Positions 20,608-43,260 of a stretch of 64,000 bases of DNA are shown piece after piece (within the stretch, counting starts at the first letter, position 1; every line of letters starts with the position of its first letter). The stretch is from NCBI RefSeq assembly GCF_009914755.1, contig NC_060934.1; one strand, 5' to 3'. Below the pieces are notes generated by a model that did no database searches, had not been told where the DNA came from, and saw only the letters and a program-made list of their open reading frames with translations. This stretch comes from the human T2T-CHM13v2.0 reference genome, Homo sapiens. Both the position numbers and the translations under genes were made by a program.

Positions 20608-21979
20608 TTAATGAATTATTCTCAAGATCCTGCAAATCTGCCATTCTCCTGTATTTAACTTTCCTGGTACCTCTTCATAGAGAATGAGTTTTTTAAAATG
20701 ATCTTCTATGGAGATAAATTTGGGGTGAGAGACAACAGGTTTAAGGGCCTCATGCAAAAGGTAGATAGCAGGTACGGTCTTAGGATGAATTCCAAGGCAA
20801 AAATGTTCAGAATAAACTGGCAATAAAATAAAAGGTAGTTAAAATTCTAGGATTCCAGTGTCATCCACAACAAACATGACAGGTAAAATACACTGACAAG
20901 GGGACACAGAAGAAGCCGTCCAATTCTTTCGTCTACCCTCTTTCTGTCTGGCTTCTTCATTCTGACTGTAGTTCTGTATTGCATGACTGTTTTATTTTCA
21001 AAGAGAAAATAAAAGCAGAGACCAGTTTTACATTAATGTTCCTCACCCATCCACACAGTTGAGGATGCCCACAGCGCCAGTCTGAATACCAAGTTAATAG
21101 ATGCAAATTCTAAAAGGCCTGATTTTTAATTGATATTTTTAAGACACAGTATCATCAAGTAAGATATTTTCAATTCACAAAAATATTGTCCTCCTTCCCG
21201 CAAATTTTATTCTCAGTTTACTTAGAAATTCAGACGCTTCCCCATCATCTCATCACTGTTGTGACTGGTGGGAATACCTTCAACAAACACAGATGACAAA
21301 ACTAAGGTGTGGAAAAACGAAGCACTTAGTATAACATTTCATAATCTCTGACAAATTTACAAGTAATCAATGTGCCCGTTTTTCCTTCACTGAACAACAA
21401 CAACAACAAAAAACCCAGAGTCTCCAATGATCTAGTATTCCAGCTCCGATTTCTAGATAGCTAGGCATGAAGCCTGACACTGAATCCTAAGCAACCTAAA
21501 ATGCAAACAGCCACAACTGCTATGGCCAAACTGCCTGGTGGAAAAATGTCCACACACGAATTCCTTCAAATCTGCATCGTGGTCTGACTCCCACTATTTT
21601 TCGGGAGTGAAACCACTTCATGTTTCATAATCCGTGGCAACTCTCATTTTTAACACAGCCCATCATAATTCCTAACGTGCGATGCGACAACCACACAAAG
21701 GGTGTTTTGCAGCTGCTGGGAGGCAGATCGGTGCTGGGCACCGGCAGTTCCCACGCCGAGGGGCGTTCACACCGCGGCCACGCCCCGGCTGCGCTACAGG
21801 ACTTCTCCGGCCCGTACGCGACCCCCAAACCCGGCCGCAGGCGCGCAAGGAGTACCAGGGCCAGTGCCCGCACCTTGCCGGGGCCTAGAGCCCCTTCCCT
21901 GCCTCTCTTCCTGCCCCCTCCCCCCAGCAAGGCTGCCCAGAGGCCTGGGGGCCCCCCAGGACCATCGCGGCGGGCTCAC

Positions 21980-22088
21980 CCAGGCTCCTGCGCGTCAGCA
22001 TTCCCCGTCTCCCGCCCTCGGCGTCAGGCACCCAGGCCAAAACCTGAGATGCGTCTTCCCTCCGCCACCCCCAAACCTGAAAAGTCAT
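21980..22088 (-). CDS. RUFY2: RUFY2 alternative first coding exon (MTFQVWGWRREDASQVLAWVPDAEGGRRGMLTRRSL)
   Basis: ATG at 22088, 36 codons plus 1 nt, then donor G|GTGAGC at 21979. Phase 1, in frame with exon 2. Matches my recollection of a longer RUFY2 isoform N-terminus. Confidence 0.7.
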
Positions 22089-22411
22089 CGCCCCTCCCCG
22101 CCTGCTCCCCGACCCGGGAGTGACACCCTGCCTGGCCCTGTCCTCGCTCCTGGACGCCGTGGCACCTCGAGCCCTCGGCCACTATGCCTCAGAACCCGGG
22201 CGGGAACGGGCCGGAACAAGGGAGGGGGCGCGTTGCCATGACGACCCCGGGAGCCCCCGAGTCCCAGGCAGTCCCCGCCCATCCTGGGTTCGGGCCCCAG
22301 TTCCGACTGGCGGCCTCGGCGTCTCCCCCAGCTCCCAGTCCACCCCGCCTGGCCGCGGCCCTCAGCCCGGGACTGAGGGCCGAGCGTTCGGTTTCGGCCC
22401 GCTCGCCTTAC

Positions 22412-22415
22412 CCAT
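22412..22415 (-). CDS. RUFY2: RUFY2 exon 1 coding part (ATG+G)
   Basis: Minus strand GCCGCCGCC-ATG-G|GTAAGG: perfect Kozak context, consensus donor, phase 1 matching exon 2 (G|CT ACA = Ala-Thr). Confidence 0.9.
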
Positions 22416-22939
22416 GGCGGCGGCGGCTGCGCGGTCTCGGGCGGAGGCTCCCTCGGCCTGTCCAGCAGCTCCTTCCAGGCGCTCGGCGGCCACCACCGCA
22501 TCTGCAGCCAGGCCCGCTGCAGCCCACAGCGCCCCCGGCGGCGGGAGGGCGCCCGGGCGGCCCCAGGGGGAGCGGCGCCCCGGGCGGGGCGGGGACCCGC
22601 GGACCCTGCGGCGGGCGGGAGAGAAGCCCGCCGTCTCTAAGCCTCCTCGCATCCGCTGGGACCGCGAGGAGAAGGAAAGGAACGTGAAGGAGACCACATG
22701 TGTGAGGAGCCAGAGTGCTGGGCCCTCGGTCCCGTGTCCCGGGGGCTTCGCTGGAGCGCGAAGGCCGGATTTCAAGGGGCGGCCGGCCACACGCAAACGT
22801 TGCTTCCACCGGGCTGGTGGGGCCTGATCTAACACGCCTGACTACTGCCCATTCACCTTCACAAACACAAAGGGGACCAAAAGAATTTAGAAAATCTGAA
22901 GCAATTAACAGTAGGCAGAAACCTAATAAAACTAGTTAG

Positions 22940-23244
<305 letters not shown>

Positions 23245-23837
23245 TAACGCCTGAGCCACACAGCCCGCCCTAAAACAATTTGGTAAAGCTCATTACAAAA
23301 AGCTAAAGTGAAAAAAGAGAGAAAACAATTCAAAAATATTTCATTATGTGCCACAGCAATATCCACACAAGCACTAAAATTCAGACCTCGGCTGGGTATG
23401 GTGGCTCATGCCTGTAATCCCAGCACTTTGAGAGGCTGAGCTGGATAGATCACGAGGTCAGGAGTTCGAGACCAGCCTGACCAACATGGTGAAACTCCGT
23501 CTCTACTAAAAATACAAAATTTAGGCAGACGTAGTGGCATGTTCCTGTAGTCCCAGCTACTCGGGAGGCCAAGGCGGGCGGATCACCCGGTCAGAAGTTC
23601 GAGACCAGTCTGGCTAACATGGTGAAACCTCATATCTACTAAAAATACAAAAATTAGCCGGGCGTGGTGGCGCGTGCCTGTAATCCCAAGATTCCGTCTC
23701 AAAAAAAAAAAAAAAAAAAAGTCAGACTTCATCCCTGGATCCATCTTGGTTCACATTTCCCAGGATTATGAGCCCTAGTCATCGTAAGGGCCAGTAGTGA
23801 CTCAAGTGGAATTAGATAGGCATATCCTATTAGCTAG

Positions 23838-24032
<195 letters not shown>

Positions 24033-24251
24033 TAAAAAAAGTTACATATATATGACATATACTTATGATCCCAGTTTTAGTTTATCAATAAATACAGCAA
24101 TATGAAGGTATATCTATATATCTATATATAGATATATATACATAGTTAGAAAAATAAATGCATAGGTAAGAGACTGAGTAAAGTACATGAAAATGTTAAT
24201 AGTTATGATGTGTGGGTGGGGGCATTGTGATTACTTTTTTCCCTAAACTAT

Positions 24252-24273
24252 TGTGTGTGTGTGTGTGTGTGTG
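24252..24273. repeat. (TG)11 microsatellite
   Basis: Read directly from the sequence. Confidence 0.9.
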
Positions 24274-24279
24274 TTTGTT

Positions 24280-24874
<595 letters not shown>

Positions 24875-25284
24875 TAGCTTTAGCTGGCTCAAGACATGAT
24901 TTTCTTATAATGACAACTGTAATGCTTCTGAACATTTGTATAGCACCTGGAAAATGTTACCACGCTGGGGGGAAAAGGAGATACACATAATGGCCAGGAA
25001 AATTGCAGAATTCCTAATCAGAAAACGTGGGTTCTGGCAATGACTTGCCATGGGTCACATGCTAACACAGACTATCTATGATAGGTTCTCTATAGGGTTT
25101 AATTCAATTGGGAAAATATCCATGAAAAATATTGATAAATATTAAAGTATCCTACTAATTACAACTGCTACTTTAAAAAAGCAGTAAACAGGCCAGGTGC
25201 AGTGGCCCACGCCTGTAATCCCAGCACTTTGGGAGGCCAAGGTGGGAGGATCACCCAGTCAGGAGTTCAAGACCAGTCTGGCTA

Positions 25285-25524
<240 letters not shown>

Positions 25525-26903
25525 TCATGCCTGTAATCCAAGTACTTTCAAGAGGCTGAGAGAGGAGGATTGCGTGAGGCCTGAAGTTCCAGACTAGCCT
25601 GGCCAACATAGCAAGACCCTGTTTCTAAAAACAAATTTTTTTTAGTTAGTTAGCTGGGTGTAGTGGTGTGCACCGGTAGTCCTACCTACTCAGGAGGCTG
25701 TGACAGAAGGACCGCTTGAGGCCAGGAATTTGAGGTTGCAGTGAGCTATGATCCTGCCATGCACTCTAGCCTGGCCAACAGAGACTCCATCTCTTAAAAA
25801 AAATTAAAAATAAAAGCAGTAAATGCTATGAAGCTCCATATAGGTACTGTTATAGTACTGTATAAAGATGAAGATAATTCTTTTGGCTGGGAGAAAAATC
25901 AGAAAAGGCTTTTTGGAGAAGGTGGCATCTTAAAGTCTAAGTGGGTAGAGATGCCTAAATGGTGACAGAGGAACAGACAAATCTAGAGAGTAGATCAAAT
26001 GGGAAACAGAATAGGCATGCACAGGAACAACAAAAATAGTTTCATATGGTTACAACAAATACACAAAGATGCCATTAAAGAATAATCACTATTACAAACC
26101 ATGGGTTCCGACCTACTAGTGGCACCTGAAAGCAATTTTAACAGGTTGCAATTAGCTTTGTTTTTATTTATTTTTTATTTTATTTTATTTGAGACAGAGT
26201 CTCGCTCTGTCACCCAGGCTGGAGTGCAATGGCATGATCTTGGCTCAGTGCAACCTCCACCTCCACCTGCTTGAATTGGATTCAAGCGATTCTTGTGCCT
26301 CAGCTTCCCAAGTAGCTGGGATTACAGGCATGCACCACCATGCCCAGCTAACTTTTCTATTTTTAGTAGAGACGGGGTTTTACCATGTTGGCCAGGCTGG
26401 TCTCGAACTCCTGACCTCAAGTGATCCACCCACCTCAACCTCGCAAAGTGCTGTTATTACAGGCATGAGCCACCGCGCCCGGCCACGCTTTGTTTTTAAT
26501 GGAATAGAGTGGAACAAATCAGGGTATATCATATACAGAAAGGGTAAATATTGTTTTATGACAGTATTGTTTCAGATGCATATTCATACACAAATCTACA
26601 TTGAGTCATGATGTAAAATGGATTTCTTATTGTGGATGTGGTAATTTTGGTTTAAATACTAGCCTAGATCATCATAGACCAAACTATGTAATTACTAAAG
26701 GATGAAATTACAAATAAATTTCATTTTCTGGCCAGGCACGGTGGCTTATGCTTGTAATCCCATCACCTTGGGAGGCCGAGGTGGGCGGATCATGAGGTCA
26801 GAAGTTCGAGACCAGCCTGGCCAACACAGTGAAACGTCAACTCGACTAAAAATACAAAAATTAGCTGGGCGTGGTGGCAGGTGCCTGTAATCCCAGCTAC
26901 TCA

Positions 26904-27050
<147 letters not shown>

Positions 27051-27156
27051 CTAAAATATGTAGTGTTTGAACTTCTTACTAAAATCATGTACTGCTCTGT
27101 AATTACAGGGGGAAAAATGTTTTGGTGTTTTTTTGTTTTTTTGTTTTTTTTTTTGA

Positions 27157-27746
<590 letters not shown>

Positions 27747-28155
27747 AAAAATGTTTTAAAGAAAGAAAAATTATGCCAAGATCTTTAAGCTCAGTGAACT
27801 GTGAGATGATGTCATTTACAGAAATAGGGATCACAGGAGGAAGGCATTAAATGAAGATGGAAATTTCCAATTTCTTTGTACTAAGTCTAAAATGTTCACA
27901 GAATATTCTGAAGGCATTGGCTGGAAAGCAGCTATATAACTAGAACTTGGAAGACAGGGTGTAGTACAGGTTGAGTAAACAGCCACATGGGTGATGGGTG
28001 AAGCCAGTGACTGTCCAAGGAGAAAGAGGACCAAACCAGACTTGGAGCTCTGGGGAAAGCCTGCCATTAGACAGCCAGGAATAGGGAGAAAAGAAAGGAA
28101 TCAGAGATGGCAGGCAGCAAGAGGGAAGTCAGGGGGAAGAGGAGAGGAACTCTGA

Positions 28156-28554
<399 letters not shown>

Positions 28555-29028
28555 TAGACTCATCACCAAGACAGATCCAAAAAAAAAAAAAAAAAAAAGG
28601 AAACACAGAACACATCCCCAGGTTCTCTTCTATGGAGCTTTACTTTTCAGGCCATACAAACCTGTAATGAAGCAAAAGGACTTTCTTATTCATTTCATTC
28701 CCAGGAACTAAAATTACCATCAGATTCCTTCCTGATTTATACTCTCATTATATCTAACCAATATTTAAGTTCATCACAGCAACCTTTCCCGTTTGTCCTA
28801 TCTAATCTATAACCCCTCTCCATGATCAAGCCCATCCTGTGTGCCCTTCATAAATCTCTTTATAATATCAATGCTGCTTGGTTTCAGCTTTCTAGCATGA
28901 TCAATACTTCACTTGTCACTATCAGAAAACATGCGGCCGGGCGCGGTGGCTCACGCCTGTAATCCCAGCACTTTGGGAGGCCGAGGTGGGTGGATCACGA
29001 GGTCAGGAGATGGAGACCATCCTGGCTA

Positions 29029-29249
<221 letters not shown>

Positions 29250-29289
29250 TTAATTATTATTCAGTATTAATAATAATTGACACAGTTAA

Positions 29290-30266
29290 GATCCATTAGT
29301 AGAAAAAATTTATTAAATAAAAAACTTCAAGTAATAATTTAAAAAAACACATGAGGTAGAAATAAAAATTTTAACATATTTAACACTCATTAAAAAAAAC
29401 CCTCAAGAGAAATGGAAGATTTCCAAGCCCCAGAAGAATCTGTTACCCCAAGAATCTTTTAACCTTTGTTAAAATCTGTTACTTTTTATATATATAATAT
29501 AATCACTTTGAGACAATTTTGTTTTACAAAACATCTTTACACAAAAAAGGGAAAACTGAGTGATACCCCCAAACATAGGGGCATATGAACATATGTGAAA
29601 ATAGGAATCAACTTTTTAAATTTATTATCAATTCAGAAAACAAAATTTGTTGCAAAAGATGATGTAAGAATTATTTTCTTTTATATCAAAATCTACTCTA
29701 GAATACTGAAATACTGAATACTGAAAACAAAAAAGGAGGATAGTAAGGGAGGATAGAAAATTAACAGGAAGTAATCAATTCATGTCATAAAAGACTAGGT
29801 TTAGAGTGAAAACACATCTGATAGCAGAAAAAATCCTAGCAAAATGGGCTTTGGATTAGGGACCTCAAAATACAGAAAAGAATCACACTTATGTTCTCAT
29901 CATCACAAGACTGTGCTTAAATGATGAAAACAAATCAAATCCCTTTATTCAGTCTTTCAAATAAAGTTCTTACAATGATATCTACAAAATCAAATTAGTC
30001 CTGAAATGTCTGACTTAAAAGTTTAAAGCTCAAAGTCAAAAGTTAATCCATCTTCAAAGCTGGTAAAAATTTATCAAACTCTTTCTCTAGGTTAGGCAAA
30101 AATGCATGCATAGAACCCATAAATTCAGACTTTTCACAGTTTTCGGTACACCTGTGCTTTAAAACATAAATACTGCATTAAATTTTGTATGGTGATAGAA
30201 TTTTCTGTATGGGCACTAGCTAGAGGAGATACTGCCCTAGTATGAAAAGGCAAGGGAAATAGTGTT
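29290..30266 (-). other. DNA2: DNA2 3'UTR (end approximate)
   Basis: Non-repetitive AT-rich stretch after the stop codon, with AATAAA hexamers on the minus strand. Confidence 0.75.
29309..29314 (-). terminator. DNA2: Probable distal poly(A) signal of DNA2 (other AATAAA at 29621-29626 and 29944-29949)
   Basis: AATAAA on the minus strand, the last one before the downstream Alu. Confidence 0.65.
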
Positions 30267-32101
<1,835 letters not shown>

Positions 32102-32152
32102 TCAATTATTCAAGTTCAAAGGAATGGTTAAATATATTACAACACATCCCTA

Positions 32153-32362
<210 letters not shown>

Positions 32363-32949
32363 TCAGGAGGCTGAGATGAAAGGATCACTGAGCCAGGGCT
32401 GCTTGAGCCCAGAAGTCAAGGATGCAGTGAGCCATAACCATGCCTCCACACTCTGACCTAGCCTCTCAAAAAAAAAAAAAGGAGACTATCTGAGGTAAGA
32501 ACTGAGTAGATGAGGGATGGAGTACAAAGGAAACCTTTTATTACGTATATTTTAAAACCATATGGATGTATTATACAGTTGAGAAAAATGAACTAAGGAG
32601 AGGTAAAAATAAGAAAACCAAAAAAAAAAAAAAAAAAAAAAACACTATTTGGGAGGACAAGGTGGGAGGATTGCTAGAGCTCGGGAGTTGCCCATAAGCC
32701 CGGGCAACATGGCTCTCTGCAAAAAATACAAAACTTAACTGGGTATGGTGGCGCATGCCTGTAATCCCAGCTACTCAGGAGGCTGAGATGGGAGAATCAC
32801 TGAACCAGGGAGGTGGATATTACAGTGAGCCGAGATTGTGCCATTGCACTCCAGTCTGGGTAACAGAGCCAGATCTCATCTCAAAAAAAAAAAAAAAAAA
32901 ATCAAATCTGAATTGTCTATAAATTTGAAAGTATACAAGGAAGATTTTA

Positions 32950-34243
<1,294 letters not shown>

Positions 34244-34258
34244 TAGCAAACACAATTA

Positions 34259-34444
<186 letters not shown>

Positions 34445-35027
34445 CTAAATAGAAAAAGACACAATTTAAAAGAAAGAAATCCTGATTAAGTTAAACTTTT
34501 CTGAATTTAATAATTAAATGTTTACATTATGTGCCCAACTGATGTTTATAACAAACTTTCCTATCTCAAAGACTGAATACAATTACTGAATTTGCTCTAA
34601 ATCTGTCCATATTTCCCAGGATGAAATAATTCCTTAGACATTGCTCCCTTAATTTTTAGTTTCATGAGAACGTAAAGGATTATATGCTACTAAAACAGTG
34701 CACACACACACACACACAGTACAAAGAAATACATTTCACCTTCTGCTATTTCTTTCACAGAAAAATTTCCAATTCCTAATCACTACAACATAGTATTGTC
34801 TCAATTAGAATTAGCTGACATTACAAAAAGTTATTATCGTAAATGAAAACTCCAAATGTCATTATAAAATATTACATGTCTTAGATACATTTTCTCAAAA
34901 TAAAAACAATGGGGCTTCAATCCCCCCCTTATCTTAATAAACGAGACTTAATGCCAGATTGTAAGTGTCTTACAGTCTAACATTCTTTTATTCTGCACTT
35001 TAATATTTGCTAGCCTTGAAAATTCTA

Positions 35028-35123
<96 letters not shown>

Positions 35124-36136
35124 CTAAGTGGAAAAATATACAGCCTGCTGATAATACAATCTCTAAAGAGTACTATAAGTACGCAACTGGCCATAAAGAC
35201 TATACTACCGACTTGGAGATGAAAAATAGCTTTGTCTAAAAGATGAAGGTGAAAGAATCAACAAAAATGAATATTAATATTAGTCACTTTCAGAAAGCCA
35301 CGCAGAGGCCACCTATCTGAAACATGCTATGATTGAGGCTAAAATACCTACGAAAGCTGATCACACACTGAGCTTCAAATACTTCACTTTGTTATCCCCC
35401 ATTTTACAGGAATCAAAGGCAGAAAAGAATAAGTAACTTTCCCAAGGCCTCACAATAAACTGTGGCACTACTATTTGAACTTAGGGTGGCCGGGCGCGGT
35501 GGCTCACGCCTGTAATCCCAGCACTTTGGGAGGCTGAGGCAGGCGGATCACAAGGTCAGGAGTTGGAGACCAGCCTGGCCAACACAGTGAAACCCCGTCT
35601 CTACTAAAAATACAAAAATTAGCTGGGCGTGGTGGTGCGTGCCTGTAATCCTAGCTACTCAGGAGGCTGAGGAAGGAGAATTGCTTGAATCTGGGAGTCG
35701 GAGGTTGCAGTGAGCTGACACAGTGTCATTGCACTCCAGCCTGGGAGTCAGAGTGAGACTCCGTCTCAGAATCAAACAAACAAACTTAGATCTGGGTCGT
35801 ATATCTGTGCTCTTTCCATTTTCTTGTCCCCTTTTATACAAATAATGGAGCAGATAAAACTGCTGTCCTACCTCCTGATACATCTCTTCAAAGACTACTT
35901 TCCTCCTACATCATCCCTAAGCAATCTTGATTTTTTTTTTTTTTTTCTGAGACACCAGGAGATTGCACCACTGCACTCCAGCCTGGGAGACAGAGCAAGA
36001 CTCCATCCTAAAAAACAAAAACAAAAACAAAAAAGTCGTTGTGCAGATTTCTTTTTAATGACTGGTTTGTAAAAAGGTCTTCATGTGCATATGTGGGGGA
36101 GGGAGGTTATGAGAAACCTCTGTACTTTCCACATAA

Positions 36137-36467
<331 letters not shown>

Positions 36468-36823
36468 TAAAGTCTGTTTTTTAAAAAGTCTTTAAAAGGA
36501 CATCAATTTATTATACCCTCTGTCCATTTGTAAACCCAGCCCTTTGATAGTATCAGTGCCATTTCCTTTTCTAGGAAATAGAATTATACCCCTGAGTTCA
36601 CTTTGTGGCCTTCCTTCTTCAAAAGTCAATTTTGATATCTACTGACCTCCAGAATAAACCTCCTCCAAAAAATACTGGGCCTATAGAAAGAAAGACTATT
36701 TTGGGCCGGGCACAGTGGCTCACACTATAATCCCAGCACTCTGGGAGGCTGAAGCAGGCGGATCATTTGAAGCCAGGAGTTCAAGACCAGCCTGGCCAAC
36801 ATGGTGAAAGCCTGTCTCTACTA

Positions 36824-36970
<147 letters not shown>

Positions 36971-37434
36971 TCAAAAAAAGAAAAAGAAAGGAAAAAGAAA
37001 GAAAAGACTATTTTGGGTTGAAGTATGAGAAGTACATTAGTTTTGCCTTTTTTTTTCCCCCCAAGATGGGAGTCTTGCTCTGTCACCCAGGCTGGAGTGC
37101 AGCAGTGTGATCTCAGCTCACTGTAACCTCCGCCTCCCGGGCTGAAGCAATTCTCATGCCTCAGCCTCCTGAGTAGCTGGGATTACAGGCACCCACCATC
37201 ATGCCCAGCTACTTTTTATATTTTTAGTAGAGACAGGGTTTCACCATGTTGGCCAAGCTGGTCTTGAATTCCTGACCTTGTGATCTGCCCGCCTTGGCCT
37301 CGCAAAGTGCTGGGATTACAGGTGTGAGCCACCACGCCCAGCCTAGTTTTGCCTTTTAACTGATAAGCTCTAATTAGGGCATGTGCTAATGAAAACTGAG
37401 AAATTTAAATAATAGGACAAAATGAGAAAAACTA

Positions 37435-37722
<288 letters not shown>

Positions 37723-37738
37723 CTAGCTAACACTGTTA

Positions 37739-37846
<108 letters not shown>

Positions 37847-37926
37847 TCAGATTCATGTTTATCAGTGTACTAAATCTGTTCCTTGAAAATAATCTAGTTT
37901 AAAATTAACACTTAAGTGTCTGCCTA

Positions 37927-38121
<195 letters not shown>

Positions 38122-39758
38122 CTAAAAACAAGGAAAACAGATCAGTTATTTAACATGTAAAAGAAATGTAGTTTTGTTTCTCTCATTTTTGAAATGAAAA
38201 GATCAAAAGGTTTTTGTTCTATGGCATCAGGAATCCTTCGATATTATTTAATTCTGAAATATTTATAGCATGCAAATTTTAATTTTTTTCTACAAATTAA
38301 AAATAATCAAGTAAACTTTCCAGACACTATTGAACAATGCTCACATTTGGATATTTCCCAGTGGAAATCTGGAACATTCAAGAGGTAATAAGTTAGTTCT
38401 TTTTTTGTTTGTTTGTTTGTTTGTTTAATGTCAACCAGGACTTTGCTTCTGGGAAGATGGAGTACTTTTCCTTATTCTTTCCACAAACGACAACTAAAAT
38501 CCCTAGGCATTATATATAAAAAAAAAAAACAAAAGAAGACTCTGAAAGGTGGAGAGAAGGCAGACCAGCTAGGGAGCTCAGGACCAAAGAAACAACACAG
38601 TAGTTGATTCCCTGGGCTTTCTTTTTGCCTCATAGATCCCAGATTTGGAACTGAAGGAGCCACGGCACACCAGTGGGTGCTAAAAACAGCTGCAACCAAA
38701 GTCTGCTCTCTCCAGCTGAAGGAACAGGAAAAGGAAAGCCTAGCTAGACAGAAAACTTTCACACAATAACTACTCTAGCCAAATATCACTGGAAAAAAAG
38801 TACAGCCCCACAACCACAGACACCAGCAAACAGGGAGGAGGGTAGATCTCTGCCCTTCTCAAGGCTGTAACAAGGTGCCCCACACCCCACCAGGCGGGTG
38901 TCAGAGAAAGCCAAGTAGGGAGTCAGGTCTTTCATCCCCGATGACTGGTAACTGGCACCAACCCCACATGTTAGTAGAGACCACATCAGAAGCCTAGACT
39001 TCCACCCCAACCAAGTGGGCCCAGCGGTAACGAGGAACCTCCCACTTTGGTCAAAGAAGGCTGAGTGGGGAACCCACACTTCGACTCCCACCTGGCAGGA
39101 ATGAGGTGGTACCCCTCTTCCCCTACCATGGCAGTGTGAGAGGAAGCCAGCTAAAACAGAAGTTTTCAGTAACAACAAAATATGCTCATGTTTCAATAAA
39201 AAAATCAATAATTAAAGACGAACCAGGAAAATCTCAAACTCAATGAAAACAGATGACAATCTATAAATGCCAACACCAGAATGACAGAGAGGTCAGAACT
39301 ATCTGACCAAGATTTTAAAGCAGCCACGGTAACAACATTTAATGAGTAATTATGAACACGCTTGAATATGAACCAAAAAACAAAGTCTCAGCCAAGAAAT
39401 AGAAGATAGAAAGAATAAAATGGAAATTTTAGAACTAAAAATATGATAACTGGGCCAGGTACAGTGGCTCACGCCTGTAATCCCAACACTTTGGGAGGCC
39501 AAGGTGGGCAGATTGCTGGAGCTCAGGAGTTTGAGACCAGCCCGAGCAACACAGCGAAAACCGGTCTCTACAAAAAATACAAAAATAAGCTGAGTATGCT
39601 GGCATATACCTATAGTCCCACCTACTTGGAGGGCTGAGGCAGGAGGATCACTTGAGCCAAGGAGGTCGAGGCTGCAGTGAGCCTTGATCATGCCACTGAA
39701 CTCCAGCCTGGGTGACAAAGTGAGTCACTGTCTCAAAAAAAAAAAAAAAAACAAAACA

Positions 39759-41050
<1,292 letters not shown>

Positions 41051-41163
41051 AAAAACCCCAAAAACCCAAAAAACAAATACCAGGCCAGGCGCTGTGTCTC
41101 ACACCTGTAATACCAGCACTTTGGGAGGGCAAGATGGGTGAATCACTTGAGGCCAGGAGTTCA

Positions 41164-41379
<216 letters not shown>

Positions 41380-41433
41380 TCAGCATCTGGGGCTAGACAG
41401 AGTTCTTAGACTTGAGACCAAAAGTATAATCTA

Positions 41434-41799
<366 letters not shown>

Positions 41800-41846
41800 T
41801 CACACCTGTAATCCCAGCACTTTGGGAGGCCAAGGCAGGCAGATCA

Positions 41847-42191
<345 letters not shown>

Positions 42192-42237
42192 CTAGTATTA
42201 GAATATACATTTTAAAAATTCTCAAAACTCAACACTA

Positions 42238-42727
<490 letters not shown>

Positions 42728-42877
42728 TTAGGCAGGCATGGTGGTACATGCCTGTATAGTTCTAGTTACTCAGGAGGCTGAGGCAGAAAGATCACTTGAG
42801 CCCAGAAGGTCAGGGCTGCAGTGAGGCGTGGTCTCACCAGTGCACTCCAGCCTGGGCAACAGAGCAAGACCTTGTCT

Positions 42878-42880
<3 letters not shown>

Positions 42881-42910
<30 letters not shown>
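42881..42910. repeat. (AC)15 microsatellite at an Alu tail
   Basis: Read directly from the sequence. Confidence 0.92.
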
Positions 42911-42912
<2 letters not shown>

Positions 42913-43152
42913 TTTAACTGGGTAAATGCAAATTAAAATCTCCAAACACCTACCAAAATGGCTAAAATTAAAAATAGTATCAGCTGGGCACGGTGGCTCA
43001 TGCCTCTAATCCCAGCACTTTGGGAGGCCAAGGCGGGTGGATCACGAGGTCGGGAGCTCAAGACCAGCCTGGCCAACATGGTGAAACCTCGTCACTACTA
43101 AAAATATAAAAAATTAGCCAGGCGTGGTGGCGCATGCCTGTAATCCTAGCTA

Positions 43153-43260
<108 letters not shown>

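Larger units (their letters stand above)
21670..22830. promoter_or_regulatory. RUFY2: CpG island / RUFY2 promoter
   Basis: Abrupt GC- and CpG-rich block in an AT/Alu-rich background, with GC boxes (GGGGCGGGG near 22586-22594) and a YY1-like GCCGCCAT overlapping the start codon. Confidence 0.92.

Noticed and set aside
21620-22835. Long overlapping Pro/Arg/Gly-rich ORFs (up to 235 aa) on both strands
   Set aside because: Expected from stop-codon scarcity in a CpG island; only the pieces with phase-compatible donors to RUFY2 exon 2 were kept.
23798-23804. Isolated AP-1 motifs TGACTCA (also ~10604 and ~50063)
   Set aside because: A few 7-mers are expected by chance in 64 kb; no clustering to support an enhancer.
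26090-26665. Possible hAT-Charlie (MER112/113-like) relic split by an Alu
   Set aside because: Resemblance is from memory only and too degraded to name or bound.
38472-39208. Minus-strand ORFs of 96 and 140 aa in DNA2 intron 14
   Set aside because: They lie in an old L1 5' region, show no recognisable domain, and are not needed for the DNA2 frame.
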